From NCBI RefSeq assembly GCF_009914755.1, contig NC_060943.1: a stretch of 64,000 nucleotides of DNA; one strand, 5' to 3'. The notes beneath the pieces were generated by a model that was not told the origin of the DNA, searched no databases, and was given only the letters and a program-made list of their open reading frames with translations. Every line of letters starts with the position of its first letter. Position 1 is the stretch's first letter. Position numbers and translations under genes: made by a program. Shown here one piece after another: positions 1-9,584 of the stretch. The stretch comes from the human T2T-CHM13v2.0 reference genome, Homo sapiens.

Positions 1-119
1 AAGATCGTGGTGATTCCATTATCATTACCCTTGTAACTTGTGAGCATCCTTACTGCCAGCAATCATTATTAGATATGGAATCTGATATAGGAGTTCATAT
101 TTACTGTATGAATATCTTG

Positions 120-411
120 GTGTGGGAGTGTTGGCTCATGCCTGTAATCCCAGTGCTTTGGGAGGCAGAGGCAGGAGGCTCGCTTGAACCCAGGAGTTCG
201 AGACAAGCCGGAAGAGCATGGCGAGACCCTCGTCTCTACAAAAATGTAAAAATCAGCCAAGTGTGCTGGTAGGTGCCTGTAGTCTCAGCTCCTTAGGAGG
301 CTGAAGTGTTAGGATCGCTTTCGCCCGGGATGTAATGGCTACAGGGAGTCGAGATCTTGCCACTGAACTTCAGCCTGGGCAACAGAGCAAGACTCTCTCT
401 CAAAAATAAAA
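120..411 (+). mobile_element. Alu SINE, old and diverged (AluJ-like); recurs in every unit
   Basis: ggctcatgcctgtaatcccag...tctctacaaaaatgtaaaaatcagcc...cagcctgggcaacagagcaagactct followed by an A-rich tail. Confidence 0.9.
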
Positions 412-429
412 TGCTTTTTCCTTTAGGCT

Positions 430-705
430 TAAATTCTAACACTCAAACCTCCAAAGCGGAGGTATTAGGAGGTGGGGCCCTTGGGAGATGATGAGATTAT
501 GAAAGTGGAACCCTCGTAAATGGGATTAGTGCCCTTCTGAAAGTGACGGAAGAGAGCTCGCCAGCACCTTCCATGTGGGGAGACAGGGAGGATATGACAG
601 TCTCCAACCTGGAAGAGGGTCCTCACCAGACCCCGATCATGCTGGCACTCTCATCGTGGACTTCCGGCCTCCAGAACTCTGATCAACAAATGTGTGTTCT
701 TAAAG
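430..705 (+). mobile_element. MLT1A-type MaLR LTR fragment; recurs in every unit
   Basis: ggtattaggaggtggggcccttggg...aatgggattagtgcccttc...cctcaccagac...tggacttccggcctccagaactctga matches the recalled MLT1A/MLT1A0 consensus. Boundaries approximate. Confidence 0.8.
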
Positions 706-867
706 AAAAAAAAAGTGTGGAAAGCAATGTTAATGTTCCCAATCACTTTGAGTACATTCTTTCCTTAACTATGTCTTAATGCATAGTTGTGTTGGATGGC
801 CTAGTTTGTAATGTTAGAATATGCATGTTAGTGAATTAATAAATACAGCAGTAAAGAATAGAGTTGT

Positions 868-1170
<303 letters not shown>

Positions 1171-1883
1171 AAGGCTGTTTGTTGACCATTTGAGTGGCCA
1201 GTCTTGGTGCTTCCTGGTGGGCGAGGAGAGCCCTGCCCCATTCCTACCCATTCCAGTAGTCATGGCATAAGAGTGATTCTCACTTTCTGCTATAGCCTCC
1301 TTATCCATTGGCTGAAATGATTCTTTTTTAATGTGTCTTATAAATGCGTCCATAGCAAAAAAAATTGAATTGACTTTTATAGGGACTCTTTCGGGGATTG
1401 TTACCCATCATTCTATAATTTGTTTGTACTCCTAGAAAAGGGAAGTATGCCGAGCACAGTGGATATTTCGTCTCAAATAATAAATAAATAACCAAATAGA
1501 AAAGAAAGAAAAGGAAGTAAAGGGAAATATACAAATATACAAGGTGTTAGGAGAGAGTTGCTAATCGTGATTCCCCCTTAATTGTCCAAACAGACCACCT
1601 CTGGGGATCTATTCGTAAAAGACTCGTTAGAAGTGCAGACTCATGCATTTGAGAATCACTCAGGGAAATCTGAAGATGACCTGTGGTGGGGGTGTAAATG
1701 GATACTTAAATGTGTCTTGTGATTGTGTGAGAGTGTGACTGTGTGTTTGTGTGTGTGCTGTCATCTGTGGAGTGGGGGATCCTCTTTTGCCTTGAGAAAG
1801 CTCATCTCTGTCCACTTACTCTGGGCTCTACCATCTGTGCCTTGTATCCAGTAGAAATAAAACAGTTTGCGGCAGAAATGGAG

Positions 1884-2190
1884 TTTTATTTTATTTTACT
1901 TTACTTTTTATTAGGATTATTTGTAGACCGGGTCTCACTCTGTCACTCAGGCTGGAGTGCAACGGCACGATCTCAGATCACTGCAACCTGTGCCTCCTGC
2001 ACTGAAGCCATCCTCCCACCTCAGCCTCTGGAGTGGGGAGATCCCACACCTGTGTAATTTTTGCATTTTTTCTAGAGATGGGGTTTCCTCATGCTGCCCG
2101 GGCTGGTTTCCAACGCCCGGGCTCAAGTGATCCACCCGCCTCAGCCTCCCAAAGTGCTGGGATTACAGGTGGGAGCTACTGTGCCCGGCC
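1884..2190 (-). mobile_element. Alu SINE, antisense (AluJ-like); recurs in every unit
   Basis: T-rich tail, then gggtctcactctgtc...ggctcaagtgatccacccgcctcagcctcccaaagtgctgggattacagg...cccggcc. Confidence 0.9.
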
Positions 2191-2201
2191 AGAAATGGAG
2201 A

Positions 2202-2514
2202 TTTTTGTTCTTCTTTTGATGAGACGGAACCTCGCACCGTGGCCCAGGCTGGAGTGCAGTGGAGTGACCTCGGCTCACTGCAAGCTCTGCCTCCTGGGGT
2301 CATGCCATTCTCCTGCCTCAGCCTCCCAAAGAGCTGGGACTACAGGCGCCCGACACCACGCCCAGCTAAGGTTTTTGCATTTATTTTTTTTTTTTTTGTA
2401 GGGACGGGCTTTCACCGTGTTAGCCAGGACGGTCTCGATCTCCTGCCCTCGTGATGCACCCGCCTGAGCCTCCCGAAGTGCTCGGATTACAGGCATGAGC
2501 CACCATGCACGGCC
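2202..2514 (-). mobile_element. Alu SINE, antisense (AluY-like); recurs in every unit
   Basis: AluY-type diagnostics ctgcaagctc, gccattctcctg, gactacaggcgcccg and ttagccaggacggtctcgatctcctg. Flanked by the direct repeat agaaatggagattttt (2191-2206 and 2516-2531). Confidence 0.9.
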
Positions 2515-2529
2515 CAGAAATGGAGATTT

Positions 2530-2870
2530 TTGAGCAAACACATTAAAGAAAAGAAACGCAAATAGACGAAACTCATTTTAACATTTTTATTTAACCCAAG
2601 GAATACAGATATAATCAACACCAATACAATTGATGTCACAGTGATGACTAAGATACATGCTACAATCCTTCATTCTCAGATGCAAAATCTAGTATGTGTT
2701 TTACAGCAAACGTCAGTTGGAAACTGAACGTCGATCACACATGCTTGATGTGCATGTCAATTTCATGAGAGTTACAATCTCAGGAGAAGTCTCACATAGC
2801 GTAAGAGTCCAAACATACCTTCAAGTGTTTCGACAAGTTCTTCACTACTCATTCTTAGAACTGAATTTAC
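2530..2870 (+). mobile_element. MER33/Charlie5-like hAT DNA-transposon remnant; its 5' piece at about 1840-1880 is split off by two Alus
   Basis: cacattaaagaaaagaaac...cattttaacatttttatttaacccaa...aaatctagtatgtgttttacagc resembles recalled MER33. tgtatccagtagaaata at about 1843 resembles the terminus. Boundaries approximate. Confidence 0.6.
2586..2591 (-). promoter_or_regulatory. Candidate polyadenylation signal AATAAA for the PRR23D-like gene
   Basis: First canonical AATAAA I found on the minus strand, about 1.1 kb after the stop. Weaker variants (AATGAA about 3642, AATACA about 3416 and 3267) lie closer. Confidence 0.3.
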
Positions 2871-3069
2871 CAACAACAATCCCAGCCTATTCATTGCTGA
2901 ACTGCATCCCATTGAAAGAATGGGTCACAGTTCCTCTCTCTAGACACTGTGGAACGACATTGAAGGCCCTTCCATCTTTTGGCGATTGTGAGGACAGGTG
3001 CTAGAAGCCTCTGCCCTCAGCCTTGTCCACGTGAGTTCTAATTCCTTTAGAACAACTATCTCAGGGTGG

Positions 3070-3500
3070 GAAAGATGGTTCCAATGCTAAGTGCCTATTG
3101 CATTGATTATGAATCAATGAAACTCTTTCTCCCTGGGGGTTGTCCCAGTTGGATTCCAAGCAGCACTGTCAGAGTGTTCCAGCTTCTCCACATGCTCCGC
3201 AGCCCTTGGGATGGTGAGTGATTGTCACGGTGGCTTCTGGGAGAGCTTCTTGGTTGTGGTTGAAGGTGTATTTGACGTGCATTTCCCCAGGGGAGGGACA
3301 GTGAACGCTTTTTGAAGTGGTTCTTTACATCCCCTTTGAGGAAATGTCTGCTCAAGTCTCTGGCTGGGTTTTGAACAGAATCATTTGTTTGTCCCATTGG
3401 AGTTTTGACAACTCTGTGTATTCTGAGTATGAGCAGTCCTTGCACGTATATGAGATTTGCAAATATTTTGTGCCCCAATCTCAAGGTTGCTCTTTGATAC
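3070..3500 (-). mobile_element. Ancient L1 (L1M-type) ORF2 3' remnant; recurs in every unit
   Basis: The translation KIFANLIYVQGLLILRIH...TNDSVQNPARDLSRHFLKGDV aligns by eye with the L1 ORF2p C-terminal region KIFA..SDKGLISRIY...[21 protein letters not shown]. Confidence 0.8.
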
Positions 3501-3704
3501 AAATCAAGAGCATCTGAGGCAGAGCAAAGGTTCAGGTGAGAGGACGGAGCATTTCTCCACCTCTCCAGCATGCGCAGCATCTCTCTCCTCCGAGATGCCG
3601 AGACATGTGTGCAGGGAGACACCATGAAAAAGCAGGTGTGCTTCATTCTGAATAGAGCGTCTCTGATTCCCGTCTGGTGCCTGAGGGTGCATGGCCCATG
3701 AGCC

Positions 3705-6099
3705 TTAGAAGAGACGTCTTCGGGCCTTGCACGTTGGCCTCCATAGAAACTTGTGGCAAATTCTGGGCTCCGGACTGGGTGATGGAGGTAGAGGTCTGAG
3801 GGCAGAGGTGGGCAGGGGCTCCAGGCCGTGGAGATCCAAGTGGAATTCTTCAGGCAGAGCCTGTCTCCAGGGACTAGGCTTGGGCATTTGGGATGAGCCC
3901 TGGGGGACGGCCGCTCTGTAGTCAGGTTTGAGGTAGAGGACACGCCAGGAAGAAGGGCTGACTCCATGCACAAGGTTTGCTGGGGGTCCCATCAGGGGCA
4001 GGAAGCCTTGGGGAGCCTCACCCTCTTCTACTGAAGGCGCCACACACACATTCTCTGCTCTCTGGGCTCTCACAGATCCATTTTCAATGTCAATCTCCCA
4101 GACAGTCTCTGTACTAGTGAGCAGGAGCCAGCGGGCATGGGCAGGGTACAAGAGATCCTTCAGGGACATCAAGAGTTGCTCAGGGACCACCAGGAGCTGC
4201 ACATTGAGGAGGCTGAGTCGCAGGGCTCCCTGTGGGTCCAGCCCCAGGAACTCCTGCCCCAGGCGCAGGTGCAGGACCATTCCTGGTTCCAAGACCGCGA
4301 TGATCATCTTCCTCTGGGGAAGCTGTGGGCCCTGGGGGAGAAAAGCCGTGGGTCAGTCATTGTCCTCTGAGGGTGGCTCAAACAGGGAGAGAGCAAGGCG
4401 GGGAGCTGCCAGTAACTTCCCCAGGCATAAATGAAACCCCGCAGGGACACCCAGAATTGGCACCTGTATTGACGCCCCTTGGGACGGTGATTTCCTGCAA
4501 GTCCCCTAGGGCCTGGAGCTCAGGCAGACCTGTCTCACCCACGCCCACCTAGGTGGTGTGACCTTACCTGGGGCAGCTCCAGGGGCAGCTGTGCAGGGTG
4601 GTGGGGAGCTGGCTGTACCGGAGCTGGTTCTGCACCTGTGGAGAGAGCAGAGTGTGCAGGTGAAAGCCCTTGTCATGCAGGATGCCCTTGAGGGTTCAAG
4701 GTGCCACCGTGAGAAAGACCAAATACAGAAGAAGCCAGGTACAGGACACCCAGCCACGGAGCTGCAGGAGGAAGCTCCCGACACTCTGGACAGCACAGCT
4801 GCTCGCCTCATGACGTGACGGGACACTGGCTTGGTAGCAGGGGACTCAGGATGAAAAAGAGAAGATGCCTCACCTGGATGAGGACCCAGCTCCTCCACTT
4901 TCTGGCGTTTTGGGGCATTTGATGGCGTGCCGCTGGAGCTGTAGGACAGAGAGACACAGTCAGATTTCGGGCAGTTCCCTAACGTCCAATTCCCTGAATC
5001 CCCACAAATTCACTCCACTTCCCTGCCTTTCATTCAAGGCCACAGACTCGTCATCCACTTCCTGTGAGACCTGCTCCCAATCTGTCCTAACTCCCAGCTG
5101 TTCTTGTTCTCACCCCATCTACCTGAGCTTCCCTGGGTGAAGAAAAGGCAGGGAAGGAGGGTCGGTGCCCACAGGGAGCAGTTTACCCTTTCAGGAGCTC
5201 ATGCAGATGAGAGTTGGAAAACTCTCCTTGGGTGTGAGGAGCTGGAGAAAGATGTTGAGATCCCGGAGAGGTGGCACCTCTGTCTACACAGGTAACAAAG
5301 GAATGGGGTCTTAGGATTCGAATCACAGCAGGAGAAGAGGAAGGAATTTGTCGGGCATGACGGCATGCGCCTGTAATCCCAGCACTTTGGGAGGCCAAGG
5401 TCGGAGGATTGCTTGAGTCCAGGAGTTTGAGAGCAGCCTGGGCAACATGGTGAAAGCTAGTCTCCACTAAAAATACTAAACATTAGTGGGTCATGGTGGT
5501 GCATGCCTGTGGTCTCACCTACTCAGGAGGCTCAGGTGGGAGGATCACCTGCGACTCAGAGGTGGAGCCCGCAGTCAGCTAAAATCACGCCACTGCACTC
5601 CAGTGTGGACCATCGGAGTGAGACGCTGTCTCAATAAAATAAATCAGTAAATAAGACAAATAGAAAAATTAAAAATGAAAAAAGGAGGAAACTGTTTTAT
5701 TTTTCCTAGTAGATCTTGAAACTCTCACATCATGTCCTACAATCTCCCTTCTTGCAGAACACAGAACCCATTCCCTGTGGAGCTGGTTGGGTGGATTGAA
5801 AGTGGGGCTGCCCTGAGATATGTGTGTGGTTGCGATGTAGAAGCCTTCCCAGCACCCTGTGATGACTTACGGGCACCTCACTTCCCTCTGGCCCCAAATT
5901 CAAAACATCCAATCTCATGGCAGGTTCATGCACCCTTTTCCCTTCCCCTCTCTCCAACACACACCCACACATCCCACAGGCAGGTCACCCCGCAGGCGTC
6001 CCCAGCACATAGCAAAGCTCACCCGCTCTCTCCTGCGTGGTCGCTCTTGGATTCGGTGCAGGAATCACTGGGGCTTCTTGGGCGCCGGGAACCTTTCAT
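3705..6099 (-). CDS. PRR23D-like proline-rich protein, 278 aa, copy 1, intact; join(6099..6023, 4938..4874, 4635..4568, 4331..3705)
   Basis: ATG in ttcACCATGa context. Donors GG|GTGAGC, AG|GTGAGG, AG|GTAAGG; acceptors tctctctgtcctacAG, ctgctctctccacAG, cttttctcccccAG (branch-like CTGAC upstream of the last). Intron phases 2/1/0 all compatible, 837 nt, stop TAA. Recalled PRR23 family hallmarks: N-terminal RPRSP, PKR(Q)KV, LELPQ, hydrophobic VLE-x-G...L-x-L core, LEPLP...PLPPSPSP, terminal CKARRRLF. Confidence 0.85.
5349..5680 (+). mobile_element. Alu SINE (AluJ-like) in intron 1, antisense to the gene; recurs in units 1-8
   Basis: gcctgtaatcccagcactttgggaggccaagg...ggattgcttgagtccaggagtttgag...gccactgcactccag...gtctcaataaaataaa. 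Confidence 0.9.
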
Positions 6100-6319
6100 G
6101 GTGAAAATTTCCAGGGTTCTCCAAGTCAGCCACTGCCAGTGTTTGTCTGTCTCCTGCAAAGATTTCTTCTTGGCTCCCGAATCCTTTAGTTCCTTTGAGA
6201 GAGTGGTGTCAGCCCCAAAGCTGCTCCCGAAGGCTTGGGTTGTGTAGCGACGGGGCTGTGGCCAGCGGCAGGTGGACGAGGCTCCGACAACTGAGCTCTT
6301 GGGGGAATCTTGTACACTG

Positions 6320-6465
6320 TCAGCAGGGGGTGGAGCCAGGGGATTTGTCAGCAGGAACTGATGTGATTGGCTGTTCCTGGTATGACAACGGGAGGGGCCC
6401 TCATGGAGGATTGGGGCGTAACTCAATCCATAGATGACCGATCAACAGAACCTGCCTAATCCCAT
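6320..6465 (-). promoter_or_regulatory. Putative TATA-less proximal promoter of the PRR23D-like gene (present in units 1-8)
   Basis: On the minus strand, CAGCCAATCAC (plus 6363-6373, NF-Y CCAAT consensus) and a second CCAAT (about 6410-6414). GGGGTGGAGC Sp/KLF box at about 6327-6336. No minus-strand ATG in 6100-6300, consistent with a clean 5'UTR. The TSS cannot be determined from sequence. Confidence 0.45.
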
Positions 6466-6872
6466 CAAGAGCCAACCTGTTTCCTGTCCCCTCCCATCCT
6501 CTAGGTCTTGCCTAATAATGATAGACACTTTCTGTCATACCCAATTCATCCATCGCTGAAATAGTTTTTCATGTGTGCCTTTTATATTTTCATGCAATAA
6601 AAATATGTTAATTTTCACGGTGGCCATCCTGGGGAATGCTATGTACATGAAATGAAGTGTCAAAGGAGCAGAAGCAGAAGGAAATTCACAAGCTTCTCTG
6701 AGCGTCTCTGCTTCAATTCCTGCCATGTTTCCTAAATATGTTGGCTTCTTTCTTCCTACCCAAGTAAGAAGGTGCTTCAGAAGATCAATCTTATGGCATT
6801 TGACAAACCCTGCTGAGAATTTCAGGATGACACGAAGGAACCTTTGATTGGATTTGTGGATGTGCCTGTGAA

Positions 6873-6875
<3 letters not shown>

Positions 6876-6914
<39 letters not shown>
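6876..6914 (+). repeat. (GT)n microsatellite, variable between units
   Basis: (GT)19G here; 26 at 14333-14385; 24 at 21806-21854; 20 at 29268-29308; 24 at 36729-36777; 23 at 44194-44240; 21 at 51661-51703; interrupted 37-nt version at 59122-59158. Confidence 0.97.
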
Positions 6915-6916
<2 letters not shown>

Positions 6917-7004
6917 GCCAGGATGAAGTGGCTGTTCCTGGGGTGGAGACCCTTCTTTCTCTTGAGAATGTTCATTGCTGTTGACTCATTGTGGGTTTTG
7001 GAGA

Positions 7005-7190
7005 TATTTTCTCTCTTTCTTTCGTTCTTTCAGACATTTTTTGCTTTCTCCCTCCCTGGATCCTAACCCCCCTCCATCCCCCCCCTCACTCCCTCCCTCC
7101 TTGTTTCCATCCTTCCTCCCTCCCTTCCCTCTTTCCTTCCTTCCTGCCTTCTTCCCTTCCCCTTCCCCTCTTCCTTCTGTCCTTCCTTCC
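7005..7190 (+). repeat. Pyrimidine-rich low-complexity tract (CCTT/CCCT repeats); recurs in units 1-8
   Basis: ccctccctccttgtttccatccttcctccctcccttccctctttccttccttcc... Confidence 0.9.
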
Positions 7191-8407
7191 TGTGTGTAAA
7201 AGAAAAATTGGTGAATAGAAGAATAATTGAATAACTGCCTGAGTCACTTATACATTTCTCATCTCACTCTGGGGACACAGAAGACCGTGTTGTACTCATC
7301 TCCTCGATTTTAAAAACAGTCATTCTAAAATCAAGGATTCTAGATGTATCACTTCTAGGCGAAATCTTGAAAGAGAATGTGTAAGAGTTTCATGTGCTCT
7401 TCATCTCTATGATCACAATTGAAGAAGGCAGGAGGTTGAGATGCTGCATCGCCAAGATCGTGGTGATTCCATTATCATTACCCTTGTAACTTGTGAGCAT
7501 CCTTACTGCCAGCAATCATTATTAGATATGGAATCTGATATAGGAGTTCATATTTACTGTATGAATATCTTGGTGTGGGAGTGTTGGCTCATGCCTGTAA
7601 TCCCAGTGCTTTGGGAGGCAGAGGCAGGAGGCTCGCTTGAACCCAGGAGTTCGAGACAAGCCGGAAGAGCATGGCGAGACCCTCGTCTCTACAAAAATGT
7701 AAAAATCAGCCAAGTGTGCTGGTAGGTGCCTGTAGTCTCAGCTCCTTAGGAGGCTGAAGTGTTAGGATCGCTTTCGCCCGGGATGTAATGGCTACAGGGA
7801 GTCGAGATCTTGCCACTGAACTTCAGCCTGGGCAACAGAGCAAGACTCTCTCTCAAAAATAAAATGCTTTTTCCTTTAGGCTTAAATTCTAACACTCAAA
7901 CCTCCAAAGCGGAGGTATTAGGAGGTGGGGCCCTTGGGAGATGATGAGATTATGAAAGTGGAACCCTCGTAAATGGGATTAGTGCCCTTCTGAAAGTGAC
8001 GGAAGAGAGCTCGCCAGCACCTTCCATGTGGGGAGACAGGGAGGATATGACAGTCTCCAACCTGGAAGAGGGTCCTCACCAGACCCCGATCATGCTGGCA
8101 CTCTCATCGTGGACTTCCGGCCTCCAGAACTCTGATCAACAAATGTGTGTTCTTAAAGAAAAAAAAAGTGTGGAAAGCAATGTTAATGTTCCCAATCACT
8201 TTGAGTACATTCTTTCCTTAACTATGTCTTAATGCATAGTTGTGTTGGATGGCCTAGTTTGTAATGTTAGAATATGCATGTTAGTGAATTAATAAATATA
8301 GCAGTAAAGAATAGAGTTGTGGTTGGGAATGGTGTCTCACGCCTGTAATCCCAGCACAATGGCATGCCGAGGCGGGTCAATCACCTGTAGTCGGGAGGTG
8401 GAGATCA

Positions 8408-8587
<180 letters not shown>

Positions 8588-9383
8588 CTAAATTCTATAT
8601 CAAAAAATTAAAAAAAAAAAAAAAAAGAAGGCTGTTTGTTGACCATTTGAGTGGCCAGTCTTGGTGCTTCCTGGTGGGCGAGGAGAGCCCTGCCCCATTC
8701 CTACCCATTCCAGTAGTCATGGCATAAGAGTGATTCTCACTTTCTGCTATAGCCTCCTTATCCATTGGCTGAAATGATTCTTTTTTAATGTGTCTTATAA
8801 ATGCTTCCATAGCAAAAAAATTTGAATTGACATTTATAGGGACTCTTTCGGGGATTGTTACCCATCATTCCATAATTTGTTTGTACTCCTAGAAAAGGGA
8901 ATTATGCCGAGCACAGTGGATATTTCGTCTCAAATAATAAATAAATAACCAAATAGAAAAGAAAGAAAAGGAAGTAAAGGGAAATATACAAATATACAAG
9001 GTGTTAGGAGAGAGTTGCTAATCGTGATTCCCCCTTAATTGTCCAAACAGACCACCTCTGGGGATCTATTCGTAAAAGACTCGTTAGAAGTGCAGACTCA
9101 TGCATTTGAGAATCACTCAGGGAAATCTGAAGATGACCTGTGGTGGGGGTGTAAATGGATACTTAAATGTGTCTTGTGATTGTGTGAGAGTGTGACTGTG
9201 TGTTTGTGTGTGTGCTGTCATCTGTGGAGTGGGGGATCCTCTTTTGCCTTGAGAAAGCTCATCTCTGTCCACTTACTCTGGGCTCTACCATCTGTGCCTT
9301 GTATCCAGTAGAAATAAAACAGTTTGCGGCAGAAATGGAGTTTTATTTTATTTTACTTTACTTTTTATTAGGATTATTTGTAG

Positions 9384-9584
<201 letters not shown>

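Noticed and set aside
3101-3119. Short inverted repeat cattgatt-atg-aatcaatg
   Set aside because: An 8-bp stem inside an L1 remnant, compatible with chance.
3107-3973. The 288-aa ORF as an independent gene
   Set aside because: Its N-terminal part is an off-frame reading of exon 4 and its C-terminal part is decayed L1 ORF2. It is disrupted in units 3 and 5 and has no separate promoter evidence.
3705-4307. The 200-aa ORF as a single-exon or retrocopy gene
   Set aside because: A good splice acceptor lies 24 nt upstream of its ATG in frame, and three upstream exons supply family-like N-terminal motifs.
4087-6247. Plus-strand ORFs of 60-171 aa overlapping the gene
   Set aside because: They are antisense shadows of GC-rich exons and introns with no recognisable homology. 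Recurrence across units only reflects DNA identity, and the 171-aa ORF is broken in unit 7.
6019-6426. The 135-aa ORF as a protein
   Set aside because: It starts at a non-ATG codon. Only the last 26 codons from the ATG at 6099 are exon 1, and its stop codon lies within the splice donor (GG|GTGAG).
6535-7218. HTHTHT, CVCVCV and P/S/F-rich ORFs
   Set aside because: They are translations of microsatellite and low-complexity DNA, and the frame changes between units.
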